The notes beneath the pieces were generated by a model. It was not told the origin of the DNA. It ran no database searches and saw only the letters and a program-made list of their open reading frames with translations. This document shows, one piece after another, positions 47,942 through 57,891 of a stretch of 64,000 nt of DNA (position 1 is the stretch's first letter; each line of letters opens with the position of its first letter). Origin of the DNA: Minisyncoccota bacterium (lineage in GTDB: Bacteria; Patescibacteriota; Minisyncoccia; Phycocordibacterales; GCA-2747955). A program made the translations under genes and the position numbers. The stretch spans positions 1,859 to 65,858 of the forward strand of contig JAHDEI010000003.1 in NCBI GenBank assembly GCA_020628915.1. The letters are read 5' to 3'.

Positions 47942-49135
47942 ATGCGTATTTCAAAATTTATCACAGCATCAGTTCTTGCAACGACACTGTCAGCACAAGC
48001 CTTTGCTAACACGGTTTGGTGTGATCCAACACCAAACGCTGTTCCTGATTTGGCCGGGAAGGTACTTCCTGGCGAAGTCGAGCTTGAAATCACAGGTGTT
48101 GATGCATGGGTTACCATGTCACCAACAACGGCTGCGAATCAACGTCAAAACGGTGGTTGCACACTTCGCGCAGGCGAACGTGTTGCAGCGATCGACGCGC
48201 CAAACATGCCTGGTTTCTGGAAAGTTACCCGGGTCTTAAAGTGCGGAAACACTGTTGTTACTGACCTGTATATTCCGAAACCTCAGGTTGAGCAAACATT
48301 CACATGTGCGCCTAACCAAACCCGGATTATCGTTGATGGCCGAAAAGAGTGTGCTCGTGTTGAAGACGTTGTGGCTACGCCGCAATATACTCAACAAACG
48401 TATGCTCCAGCTCCAGCTGCTCCAGTTTACGCTCCAGCTCCAGCTCCAGTCGCACAATCGTGTCAAGGCGGTCTGTTCTCAGACTGTTACGATTCGACTG
48501 GAGACCATGAAGCTATGAGAATGGAAGTCGGAACAACCGGAACCCTTGATGGTACTATCATCTCAGGATATCGTTACCAATTCTTGGGCCAAGTTGTTCA
48601 GACAATTGGTACGGTTGCTTCTGCGGTTGTTGTCGCTAGGAAACTCGGCGGAAATAATCACAGCCACCAACCTCGTCATCACGATCGACCCGTTGATGGT
48701 GAAGACGGCCCAACATTGGGCGGTACCTCAAACGGAACGATGCCTGGTAACAACGGCGGGACACTTGGTGGTACTTCAGGTACAACCGGTAGTCAAGTTG
48801 GCGGCGGCTCTCAAATCATTGGTGGTGGTCAAACATTGCCTCCGAGCGTAGGAACAGGAACCGAGCAACGATTCGTTCTCGGCCCTAATGGCGAATATAT
48901 CTACAATAACGCCGGTCAGATTAATGCTGGCCAAGTGATTGATCCCAATCACGGTAATATTGTCGGTACAATTGCTACTTATCCAAACGGCGTGAGCTAT
49001 GGCAACAACACCGTGTCTGGTAGCTTCACAAGTGGGTCTTATACCCACACTGTGACTGCACCAGCTGGCGCGAGCTACGGAACAGGGACCGCTAGTGGAG
49101 GCTCAACAGGGCCAACACTTGGTGGATCCGATTAA
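47942..49135 (+). CDS. Secreted protein with Cys-containing N-domain and Gly/Thr-rich tail
   Basis: Signal peptide AFA; YAPAPA repeats; GPTLGG repeated; SD AAGGAG. Confidence 0.72.
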   Translation: MRISKFITASVLATTLSAQAFANTVWCDPTPNAVPDLAGKVLPGEVELEITGVDAWVTMSPTTAANQRQNGGCTLRAGERVAAIDAPNMPGFWKVTRVLKCGNTVVTDLYIPKPQVEQTFTCAPNQTRIIVDGRKECARVEDVVATPQYTQQTYAPAPAAPVYAPAPAPVAQSCQGGLFSDCYDSTGDHEAMRMEVGTTGTLDGTIISGYRYQFLGQVVQTIGTVASAVVVARKLGGNNHSHQPRHHDRPVDGEDGPTLGGTSNGTMPGNNGGTLGGTSGTTGSQVGGGSQIIGGGQTLPPSVGTGTEQRFVLGPNGEYIYNNAGQINAGQVIDPNHGNIVGTIATYPNGVSYGNNTVSGSFTSGSYTHTVTAPAGASYGTGTASGGSTGPTLGGSD

Positions 49136-49485
49136 TATGTGCTGGGTGGCGTCACTGACGTCACCCACACAATTCTTGTTTATGAAGTACTTAAGACACC
49201 CATGAGGGTGGCTTTTTTATTTCAAAACTTTTTGAAAGCCTTTATTCCTAGCCATTTTTTGCCTTTTTTCTGTGGAAAACTTTGTTTATAACTAAATTAG
49301 GAATGTTCCTTGACTTTATGTCAAATTCAGTATAAAATAGTCAAGATTTTTGTGTAGATTTTGCCGCATACAGGCTTGTTTGACAAAACCGTAAAGGTAT
49401 TGACATATATTATATTTCTGGTATAATGATCTCACAATTATTGTTAATTGTATTGATTATAAATAAATTTTTAAAACAAAATTTT

Positions 49486-52389
49486 ATGAAAAGCATTATT
49501 AAATCACTAATCGTTCTTGCAGCAGGAGCATCAATGGCGTTTGCGTCTATTGCTTCAGCAGCTGCATTTAACGGTTTCGCAAATGACCTTGATGTTTTGC
49601 ACGTAACAACTACTCGTGCTTCAAACTCATCTTGGGCAAAAACTGCAACAGTGAATGACGGGGACATCGTAAGTTTCAACATTTACTACCATGTTACTTC
49701 ACAAGATGCAGCAAACGATGTAAAGGCGCGAATTACGAATCTTACATCAGGAACTGTAAATGGTTCTAAAACAGTTACAGGTACTATGTCAGCTGCAAAC
49801 GCTGCATCAGTATCAGGATCTGTTTCGATCAACACTTCAGAAGAAATGGAATTCACTTTGTACAAAGTGATGTGGCAACCAAACAAATGTAACGTTGCTA
49901 GCTGTGCACAACAAGTGCTAAATAGTCCATCTTCTGTACTATCATCTGGTGCATCAATTGGAACAATCCAAGGTGTAGCAGGACTTGATTCATCAAACAA
50001 CTTTAAATACCAAGGTAACGTAGTTGTTGAATTCAAGGCAAACGCTGTCGAAGACACACCAGTATTCGTAGCACCAACAGTAGATACTCGAACTGAATCA
50101 AACGTTACTACTACATCAGGAGTAATGAACGGATCAGTTGACCTATCTACATCAGTAGATTCAGGAATTGTGTACTTTATCTGGGGAACTTCTTCAAGCA
50201 ACCTACAATACACAACTCCTTCACAATCAGTTTCATCTGACCAAAACTTCAATCAAGCAGTTTCAGGTCTACAAGATGACACTACTTACTACTACCGAGC
50301 AGTTCTACGAGGAGATGACGGACAAACTTATACAGGTGACCTAGAATCTTTCCGAACTGACGCTGATTCAGTATTCGTGGCTCCAACCGTGGACACACGA
50401 ACAGAATCAAACGTAGATACAGATTCAGCTACTCTTAATGGATCAGTTGACCTATCTACATCAGTAGATTCAGGAATTGTGTACTTTATCTGGGGAACTT
50501 CTTCAAGCAACCTACAATACACAACTCCTTCACAATCAGTTTCATCTGACCAAAACTTCAATCAAGCAGTTTCAGGTCTACAAGATGACACTACTTACTA
50601 CTACCGAGCAGTTCTACGAGGAGATGACGGACAAACTTATACAGGTGACCTAGAATCTTTCCGAACTGACGCTGATAACCCAACTTCAAACAACGTTGAT
50701 ATCGACACAAACGCTGCATCATCAATTGATGACGACTCAGCTCGACTAAACGGTGATGTTGAGGAGGGAGATAACCAAGATGTATGGTTCGCGTTCTCAC
50801 GAACAGACTCTACACCTTCATGTTCATCTTCATCACAACGAGTTGACGTATCAGGAGTATACGATTCAAACGAAGATTTCTCTGCAATTGTACGAAATCT
50901 AATTGCGAACGAAACGTACTACTTCCGAGCTTGTACTCTTGATGAAAACGGAGAGGTACTTTCAGCGCAAATTCGACAGTTTACAACTGACGAAGAAGAC
51001 AACGGGAATAATAATGATCCTGCAGCAGAAGTTGATACTAATGCAGCAACATCAGTGGATGAAGATTCAGCACGACTTAATGGTGATCTAGAAGAAGGAG
51101 ATAATGCAACTGTATGGTTCGCAATCTCATCTGTAGACACTACACCTTCATGTTCATCTTCACTACAACGAGTATCTGTTTCTGGAGTATACGACCAAGG
51201 AGATGATTTCTCACGAATCGTAACTGGACTTTCAGAAAACACTAAATACTACTTCCGATCATGTGCATTGGGAGAAGATGGGGACACAGTATCAGGTTCA
51301 ATCCGAACATTTGTTACTGACGAGGATGATAATCCTACAAACCCACCAACATCAGTTAACCCTGACACTATTACACGATTACCTTCAGGAATTACTTCTA
51401 GCACGGCTACACTTAATTCATATGTAATCGGTAACGGAACAGGAACATGTTACTTCCAATACGGTACTTCTGCTGGATTTGGATCAGTAACTCCGGCTCA
51501 AACGGTTAACCTTGATAACACTTCAACATGTTCATCAACCCGGTTTAATCTACAGCCGAATACAACATACTACTACCGATCAGTACTAGTAGATGGAGGT
51601 CAAACTTACTACGGTCTAACACGTTCATTCCGAACAAATGCGAACGCAGTAGTTACTACTCCTTCTACTCCTACAGTTGTCACTACTCCTACACGAGTAA
51701 TCACACGAACTGTAACAGCACCTGCTGCACCGGTTGTGGACGACACAGTAACAGTACGAGTTGTTGAAGAAACTACACGAGTAGCTGACCAACCACTTGA
51801 AATTACTAAATGGGTATCTGCGGAAACTGATCCAGAATTTGTACGAGTTACAGAAGCTGATCGAGACGAAGCAGTATTCTACAAAGTACGAGTAACTAAC
51901 AATACTGACGAAGACCTTGAAGATGTTGTAGTTATCGACCGAATTCCATTTGATCTAGAATTGGATGGACAAGAATCACTTGATGATGATTCATACAAGG
52001 AAGTTCGATGGAACATCCGATCTCTAGAGGCTGGAGAATCAAAAACATTCATTACTGAAATGCGAGTACGTGATGACGTTGACTTCGGAGACCGAATCGA
52101 CTCATACGCAACAGCATTCAATGATGAATACAATGTAGATTCAAACAATGTAGTGATCGAAATTGAAGAAGAACGAGTAGCATCTGCTTCTGACGAAGAA
52201 GTTGATGGATCTCAAGCAGCTTCAATCTTCGGTGCTGGGTTCTTCCCAACGACACTACTAGGATGGTTGATTCTACTAGCGATCGTATTGGCAATTGCAT
52301 ACCTAGTTTCTCGAATTTTCTTCTCTCGAAATGAGAATGAGCGAGTTCTAGCAGAACTACGAGCAATGCAACAAGTAAATCGAGGATAG
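49486..52389 (+). CDS. Cell-surface protein with fibronectin-III-like repeats, a DUF11-like domain and a C-terminal TM anchor
   Basis: Signal peptide; five repeats ending in L...T.YY(Y/F)R...F.T; YKVRVTN...DVVVIDRIP; C-terminal TM. Confidence 0.8.
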   Translation: MKSIIKSLIVLAAGASMAFASIASAAAFNGFANDLDVLHVTTTRASNSSWAKTATVNDGDIVSFNIYYHVTSQDAANDVKARITNLTSGTVNGSKTVTGTMSAANAASVSGSVSINTSEEMEFTLYKVMWQPNKCNVASCAQQVLNSPSSVLSSGASIGTIQGVAGLDSSNNFKYQGNVVVEFKANAVEDTPVFVAPTVDTRTESNVTTTSGVMNGSVDLSTSVDSGIVYFIWGTSSSNLQYTTPSQSVSSDQNFNQAVSGLQDDTTYYYRAVLRGDDGQTYTGDLESFRTDADSVFVAPTVDTRTESNVDTDSATLNGSVDLSTSVDSGIVYFIWGTSSSNLQYTTPSQSVSSDQNFNQAVSGLQDDTTYYYRAVLRGDDGQTYTGDLESFRTDADNPTSNNVDIDTNAASSIDDDSARLNGDVEEGDNQDVWFAFSRTDSTPSCSSSSQRVDVSGVYDSNEDFSAIVRNLIANETYYFRACTLDENGEVLSAQIRQFTTDEEDNGNNNDPAAEVDTNAATSVDEDSARLNGDLEEGDNATVWFAISSVDTTPSCSSSLQRVSVSGVYDQGDDFSRIVTGLSENTKYYFRSCALGEDGDTVSGSIRTFVTDEDDNPTNPPTSVNPDTITRLPSGITSSTATLNSYVIGNGTGTCYFQYGTSAGFGSVTPAQTVNLDNTSTCSSTRFNLQPNTTYYYRSVLVDGGQTYYGLTRSFRTNANAVVTTPSTPTVVTTPTRVITRTVTAPAAPVVDDTVTVRVVEETTRVADQPLEITKWVSAETDPEFVRVTEADRDEAVFYKVRVTNNTDEDLEDVVVIDRIPFDLELDGQESLDDDSYKEVRWNIRSLEAGESKTFITEMRVRDDVDFGDRIDSYATAFNDEYNVDSNNVVIEIEEERVASASDEEVDGSQAASIFGAGFFPTTLLGWLILLAIVLAIAYLVSRIFFSRNENERVLAELRAMQQVNRG
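50131..50676 (+). repeat. 237-bp exact intragenic direct repeat (50131-50367 and 50440-50676)
   Basis: Identical when read base by base; 309-bp period. Confidence 0.9.
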
Positions 52390-52498
52390 AAATATTTATC
52401 GAATCAATACAATTGCAAAACTAAACTAGAAAACCGCGACGGCATAGCCGTCGCGGTTTTCGTTTTGTTATAATAGACAAACTAATAAATAAACGCCT

Positions 52499-53098
52499 AT
52501 GTTAATACCAACAGTTATCGAAAAAACACACGCAGGGGAACGCGCATATGATATCTATTCGCGGCTACTCAAAGATCGAATTATTTTTTTAGGTTCTGGG
52601 GTAAATGACGATGTAGCAAATTCAGTAATTGCACAACTATTGTTTCTAGAATCAGAAGACCCAAACAAAGATATTACAATGTACATTAATTCTCCAGGAG
52701 GATCAGTGTTTTCAGGATTAGCGATCATCGACACGATGAATCATGTAAAGCCTGATGTGTCTACCGTATGTATGGGGATGGCAGCCTCTATGGGGGCAAT
52801 GCTGCTCTCAGCAGGTGCAAAAGGAAAACGATACGCGCTACCAAATGCTGAGGTAATGATTCATCAACCATTGGGTGGAGCAGAAGGTCAAGCTTCTGAT
52901 ATCGAAATTACTGCACGACACATTATCCGCATTAAGGAACAACTAACAGACATGTTGGTTGCAGCAACAGGACAATCAAAGAAGAAAATTTCAGAAGACA
53001 TGGATCGAGATTATTGGATGACAGCAGATGAGGCAAAGAAATATGGTCTCGTTGACAAAGTTATTGTCAAAAAACCAACGCCAAAGAAAAAGAAATAA
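52499..53098 (+). CDS. clpP: ATP-dependent Clp protease proteolytic subunit
   Basis: [30 protein letters not shown]. Confidence 0.97.
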   Translation: MLIPTVIEKTHAGERAYDIYSRLLKDRIIFLGSGVNDDVANSVIAQLLFLESEDPNKDITMYINSPGGSVFSGLAIIDTMNHVKPDVSTVCMGMAASMGAMLLSAGAKGKRYALPNAEVMIHQPLGGAEGQASDIEITARHIIRIKEQLTDMLVAATGQSKKKISEDMDRDYWMTADEAKKYGLVDKVIVKKPTPKKKK

Positions 53099-53146
53099 TG
53101 GAAGAGCTCCAGACTAATCTCTGGTTTTCTTTTTAAAAATAAACAT

Positions 53147-53845
53147 ATGAACAAAAGAATTTTAATTAAACTCTCGGGTGAGGCACTCTCTGACGGAGAA
53201 AATAAATATGCAGAAGCAGTCTTGGCTGACATTGCAGACAAGATTCAAAAATTATTAGATCAAGGCACACAAATTTGTTTGGTAGTTGGGGGAGGTAACC
53301 TGTTTCGGGGGGCTGAATTATCAGGTAACCTAGACATTAGACGTCCGACGGCTGACTATATTGGGATGCTTGCGACAGTGCAAAATGCACTAGTTGTTCG
53401 TGATTATTTTAGAGCACGTGGAGTTGATGCACGTGTGTTGTCGGCAATTTCAATGAACCAGGTATGTGAGCCATATGTTCCTGGACGAGCAATTAGACAT
53501 ATGGAAAAAGGACGCGTAGTGATCTTTGGCGGAGGGTTAGGGAATCCGTTTTTTACAACAGATTCTGCCTCAGCACAACGTGCTCTCGAAATGAGCTGTG
53601 ATTTGCTTGTTATGGCAAAGAACGGTGTAGACGGGGTTTATACTGCAGATCCGCGAACTGATGATTCAGCAGAAAAAATTGTACATATTAGTGGGTCAGA
53701 TGTTCTTGAGAAAAATCTTCGCGTCGTCGACGGCTCAGCGATCTCTGTCGCTCGAGATAATGGATTGCCAATCAGGATTATTGGTATGGATGACTTAGAG
53801 CACATTTCAGATGAGACATATGGAACAACAGTGACCCCTGAGTAA
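53147..53845 (+). CDS. pyrH: Uridylate kinase
   Basis: IKLSGEAL, VGGGNLFRG, GNPFFTTD, DGVY.ADP. Confidence 0.95.
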   Translation: MNKRILIKLSGEALSDGENKYAEAVLADIADKIQKLLDQGTQICLVVGGGNLFRGAELSGNLDIRRPTADYIGMLATVQNALVVRDYFRARGVDARVLSAISMNQVCEPYVPGRAIRHMEKGRVVIFGGGLGNPFFTTDSASAQRALEMSCDLLVMAKNGVDGVYTADPRTDDSAEKIVHISGSDVLEKNLRVVDGSAISVARDNGLPIRIIGMDDLEHISDETYGTTVTPE

Positions 53846-53895
53846 GATAAATTAAAAAGCGTGACCCAAAGGGCCACGCTTTTTATTCTACTTTT

Positions 53896-54019
53896 TAATA
53901 ATTAATATGTGAGATGAGATACGAGGAAGAGAGGAATATTTTTTTGAGGTGTATGCTTTATACAGCGACAAAAAATATGACGAATCTGACAAAGTAGATC
54001 GCTTACATATTAGTTATTA
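53896..54019 (+). repeat. Nested palindromic element (REP/RPE-like)
   Basis: 18-bp terminal stem with two G-U pairs; inner ATATTTTTT/AAAAAATAT and TGTAT/ATACA stems. Confidence 0.5.
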
Positions 54020-54909
54020 TGAAATTTTTTGTGAATTTCTTTCAGGTGTTTGTCGGACAGATTGGTGTATACCTGGGTGGTATTAATAGATGCATGACCG
54101 AGCAGCATTTGCACGGATCTGATGTCTGCGCCATTTTGCAGCAAATCTGTTGCAAAATAATGTCTCATGGTATGAGGAGTCACATGTTTAGTGATTCCCG
54201 CTTGGACAGCTCGTTTTTTTAAAATGCGCTGAACCATACGAGGGTAGATGCGTTCACCGGAGGAAGAGACAAATAGTGCTTCAGAGAGGACTTTCTTTTT
54301 CCCTTCATGGCGCTTTTTTAGATATCGCGTAACTGTAGATTTTGCTGCTTCGGAGAGAAATACGATGCGTACTTTTTCACCTTTCCCCCTGATAGAGAAT
54401 TCATCTGAAGAAAGATCAAGATCTTCATTAAGTGAGCATAGCTCAGAGACACGCAAACCTGTTGAATACAGCATTTCTAATATTGCTTTGTCACGCAGGT
54501 CTTCGATTTCAGATCCAGATGGTGCAATCATGAGTCTTTGAAATTCAGTGCGCGAGATTAAGTCTAGTTCGCGTTGTGCAGTTTTTGCAAGCTCAATTTT
54601 TTCAGGAGCTAACGTTGAGATGTCATTTTTTGCCAAGAATTTAAGGAACGATCTGAGTGCAATCAAGTGATAATTTTGTGTACGTCGAGACATGGTATCA
54701 CCTCGTTTGTTTACTGTTTGCCTATTGAGCCACAGTCTATATTCACGTACCAAAGGCAGGGTGATGTCTCCGGGAGACGCAATTTCAGCATGAGAGAAAA
54801 ACTTGGATAAATAACGATCATAATTCTCAATTGTTTTTAAAGAACGACCTTTTTCAATCTCAAGATATTCTAGAAATTCTCGTTTATGGCCAGTAATATT
54901 GTGCGACAT
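54010..54909 (-). CDS. XerC/XerD-type tyrosine recombinase
   Basis: LYSTGLRVSEL, GKGEK.R, HTMRHYFAT, LLGHASINTTQVY. Confidence 0.92.
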   Translation of the reverse strand: MSHNITGHKREFLEYLEIEKGRSLKTIENYDRYLSKFFSHAEIASPGDITLPLVREYRLWLNRQTVNKRGDTMSRRTQNYHLIALRSFLKFLAKNDISTLAPEKIELAKTAQRELDLISRTEFQRLMIAPSGSEIEDLRDKAILEMLYSTGLRVSELCSLNEDLDLSSDEFSIRGKGEKVRIVFLSEAAKSTVTRYLKKRHEGKKKVLSEALFVSSSGERIYPRMVQRILKKRAVQAGITKHVTPHTMRHYFATDLLQNGADIRSVQMLLGHASINTTQVYTNLSDKHLKEIHKKFHNN

Positions 54910-54988
54910 TAACAGTAAGTATACCAGGCAAACATTTTGAAAAACAAATATTTTTACATATAGTAATACATAGATAGTTTTATGGAGC

Positions 54989-55450
54989 ATGGTTATGGCT
55001 AATGTCACTGATATAACAGACACCTTAAAAGAAAAGAAACGGAATAGAGATAGTGTTTTTTTTCATATGGCCATGGATATTAAGGCGGGCAGATCAGTTG
55101 ATCCAAAAAAAAGAAACAGGGTTGCTCTTGCTTTGAGCTGCTCTGTAGATATTGGGGATCAGCTGTCGGTTTCGCTTGATGTGTTTAACGATTTGAAAAG
55201 TGGAATTGTAGACATCATCAAAATGCCAGAGAGCTTGGTGGGAGGCAATTTTCGATATATTCCGTTCATGCAAGTAGAAACAGTTGTTTGCGAGGTCCTA
55301 AATTTTCCAAATGACAAAGAGAAAAGAGATGCTTTTGAGACACTTTTTCTGCAAGTAAAAGACAAGCATAAAGACAAGGTGAAGAATTTTTGGTTTTCGT
55401 TTGATCCACTCACTGATGATCAAATTAAAAGACCACAAACTGACACATAA
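54989..55450 (+). CDS. Hypothetical protein
   Basis: 153 aa ORF followed by a terminator. Confidence 0.55.
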   Translation: MVMANVTDITDTLKEKKRNRDSVFFHMAMDIKAGRSVDPKKRNRVALALSCSVDIGDQLSVSLDVFNDLKSGIVDIIKMPESLVGGNFRYIPFMQVETVVCEVLNFPNDKEKRDAFETLFLQVKDKHKDKVKNFWFSFDPLTDDQIKRPQTDT

Positions 55451-55492
55451 CGTGTCAGTTTTTCTTTATTATCAGAATTGTTATACTAGTTC

Positions 55493-56533
55493 ATGGATAA
55501 AAAAATATACATAACTTTTGATGATGTTCTCATCAAGCCAGCGGCGAGTAATATTGAGCCGCGACAAAGCAATACTGGCATGTCTGTAATTCGAGGCGTG
55601 CCTTTTTTAGTTCCAGTATTATCAGCTGCAATGGATACGGTGACAGACGACAGAATGGCCATTGCGATGGCCAAGGTGGGCGGAATAGGCGTTATACATA
55701 GAAATTGTACAGTTGAGCAGCAGTGCGAAATGGTCGAGGGTGTTGTGTCTCAAGGGCTCATAGTTGGGGCGGCATGTGGTCCATTTGATCAAGAGCGAGC
55801 GCTCGCATTAGATAAAATTGGCGTGACTGCAATTTTTATTGATTGCGCACACGGCCATAATCAAAAAGTAATCGAGTCAGCCAAAAGAATTAAAAACAAG
55901 CTAACAAATGCCAAATTAGTTGTTGGGAATATTGTGACCAAAGACGGCGCACGAGATCTAGTTTCTTTTGTGGACGCAATTAAGGTTGGGGTAGGTCCTG
56001 GATCAATTTGCACAACAAGGGTAATTAGTGGAGTTGGAATGCCTCAGCTTTCAGCAATTATGGATGTTGCTCAGGTTGCACAAGAGCACGGTATTCCAGT
56101 TATCGCTGACGGGGGAATAAAAGAGTACGGAGATATCGTAAAGGCGCTTGCCGCAGGGGCTTCGGGAGTCATGCTTGGAGGAATGTTGGCAAGATGCGAA
56201 GAAAGTCCTGGCAAAAGAATAGAATGTACAGATGGGTCTATTCACAAGGTATATCGAGGTATGGGGTCAAGGCAGGTTCTCGAGCAAGGAAAGTCTTCAG
56301 ATAGGTATTTAAATAAAAATCTAGCAATTGTTCCTGAAGGGGTTTCTGGAATTGTTCCAGTTGAGGGGACTGTGAAAGAAATTATTTCTGAGGTGCAATC
56401 TGCTCTCCAGATTGGTATGGGGTATGTTGGAGCAAGAGATATTCAGGAGTTGTGGGGACGTGCCCAATTTATTCGCATCAGCAGCCTTAGCCAAAAGGAG
56501 AACAACCATCATAATATTCATGTGAATACTTGA
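55493..56533 (+). CDS. guaB: IMP dehydrogenase (no CBS subdomain)
   Basis: TFDDVLI.P, SAAMDTVT, VGVGPGSICTTR, IADGG, YRGMGS, PEGV. Confidence 0.9.
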   Translation: MDKKIYITFDDVLIKPAASNIEPRQSNTGMSVIRGVPFLVPVLSAAMDTVTDDRMAIAMAKVGGIGVIHRNCTVEQQCEMVEGVVSQGLIVGAACGPFDQERALALDKIGVTAIFIDCAHGHNQKVIESAKRIKNKLTNAKLVVGNIVTKDGARDLVSFVDAIKVGVGPGSICTTRVISGVGMPQLSAIMDVAQVAQEHGIPVIADGGIKEYGDIVKALAAGASGVMLGGMLARCEESPGKRIECTDGSIHKVYRGMGSRQVLEQGKSSDRYLNKNLAIVPEGVSGIVPVEGTVKEIISEVQSALQIGMGYVGARDIQELWGRAQFIRISSLSQKENNHHNIHVNT

Positions 56534-56587
56534 CTTTAATATTATATTAAGTATAATATAGTTAGGAAAAATTGAGAGGAAATTCAA

Positions 56588-56902
56588 ATGCAAAATCCAG
56601 TAGTGACGGTGATGTCATTAAACATAGAAAAAGCAACGACAGTTGCAACCGTTGTTGCATCTATTGTGGCAGGCGAGTGCGCCAAAGGTCTGTCTTATGA
56701 AGACGTCCTGCGCAATGTTGTTACGCAACAGCCCAACGTTGTTCAGATGACAAATCCGAGTGAGTCTATCTCAGTTACGATCGCCCTTAATGGGCACCGT
56801 CTCAGGTCTGTCTGGAGCAATGAAGATAAGATGGATCGACTGATCCGTCATGCTCAAAACTTTTTAAAAGCACTTAATGTGCACATAACAGTTGAGCAGT
56901 AA
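56588..56902 (+). CDS. Hypothetical protein
   Basis: Own TTGACT/TATAAT promoter, SD GAGGA and terminator. Confidence 0.55.
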   Translation: MQNPVVTVMSLNIEKATTVATVVASIVAGECAKGLSYEDVLRNVVTQQPNVVQMTNPSESISVTIALNGHRLRSVWSNEDKMDRLIRHAQNFLKALNVHITVEQ

Positions 56903-56975
56903 AAGAATTTAGGTCAGCTTTCGAGCTGGCCTTTATCTTTTGACACTTTTCAAAGAACCTGATAATATACCGCTC

Positions 56976-57239
56976 ATGTCAAAACAAGCACTAATTAAAA
57001 AAGCTTTAGATACAGCAGGAGCAGCAGGTAATCCTGGCTCTACTGCAGCGCAAATTGCTATCCTTTCTGAACGAATTGCATCTTTGCAGGCACATCTTGA
57101 TGTGAACAAAAAAGACAAGCATTCTAGACGAGGATTGCTGCAAATGGTTGCAGACCGAAGAAAGCTCATTAAATACATGAAAAGAAAAGATCCATCTGGT
57201 TGGGCAGATCTTGCACCAAAAGTTGGTCTTAAAGGTTAA
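56976..57239 (+). CDS. rpsO: 30S ribosomal protein S15
   Basis: GS..AQIAILSERI..L..HL..NKKDKHSRRGLL. Confidence 0.95.
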   Translation: MSKQALIKKALDTAGAAGNPGSTAAQIAILSERIASLQAHLDVNKKDKHSRRGLLQMVADRRKLIKYMKRKDPSGWADLAPKVGLKG

Positions 57240-57296
57240 TCAGAAAAACGATATCTCCAAGATATCGTTTTTTTGATTTGATATAATTGAATCAAT

Positions 57297-57890
57297 ATGA
57301 CAATCATTAAACATGAAAATCAGCGCGTTGGTGTCTTGATCGATGCGCAGAATCTCTATCACTCAGCCAGAAATTTATATGGCAAACGAGTGAACTTTAC
57401 AGCGGTACTACAAGAGGCTGTAGCAGGTCGATCACTTATTCGTGCAATTGCGTATGTAATTACCTCTGAGGCAGGAGATGAAAAAGGATTTTTTGAAGCT
57501 TTAGAAAAAGCAGGAATCGAGACAAAAACAAAAGACTTACAAGTATTCTTTGGCGGCGCAAAAAAAGCGGACTGGGATGTGGGTATTGCAGTAGACGCTA
57601 TTAAATTAGCACCAAAATTAGACGCACTTATTATTGCATCCGGAGACGGTGATTTTGTTCCAATGGTCGAATATGTACAACAAAACGCAGGATGTCAGGT
57701 TGAAGTAATTTCGTTTGGAAAATCTTCATCGTCAAAACTGATCGAAGCGGCAGATGACTTTATTGATATGTGTGAAGACACCAAAAGGTACTTAATGAGT
57801 TCTCGTGTAGCAACAGCAAATCGACGTAGACGAGCAACAGCAAAACGAAAAACAACAACTAGCAGAACACGAAAAACAACAAAGAAATAA
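57297..57890 (+). CDS. NYN-domain (LabA/DUF88) nuclease-fold protein
   Basis: IDAQNLY, DWDVGIAVD, SGDGDF; basic tail. Confidence 0.88.
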   Translation: MTIIKHENQRVGVLIDAQNLYHSARNLYGKRVNFTAVLQEAVAGRSLIRAIAYVITSEAGDEKGFFEALEKAGIETKTKDLQVFFGGAKKADWDVGIAVDAIKLAPKLDALIIASGDGDFVPMVEYVQQNAGCQVEVISFGKSSSSKLIEAADDFIDMCEDTKRYLMSSRVATANRRRRATAKRKTTTSRTRKTTKK

Positions 57891-57891
57891 T

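Noticed and set aside
54010-54909. Tyrosine recombinase as a prophage or integron integrase
   Set aside because: Looks like housekeeping XerC/D, is leaderless like core genes, and has no att or attC array or phage genes nearby
13461-56533. TGA recoding (genetic code 25), as in some CPR lineages
   Set aside because: TGA ends full-length genes (13463, 15460, 25821, guaB 56533) and conserved genes are not interrupted by TGA
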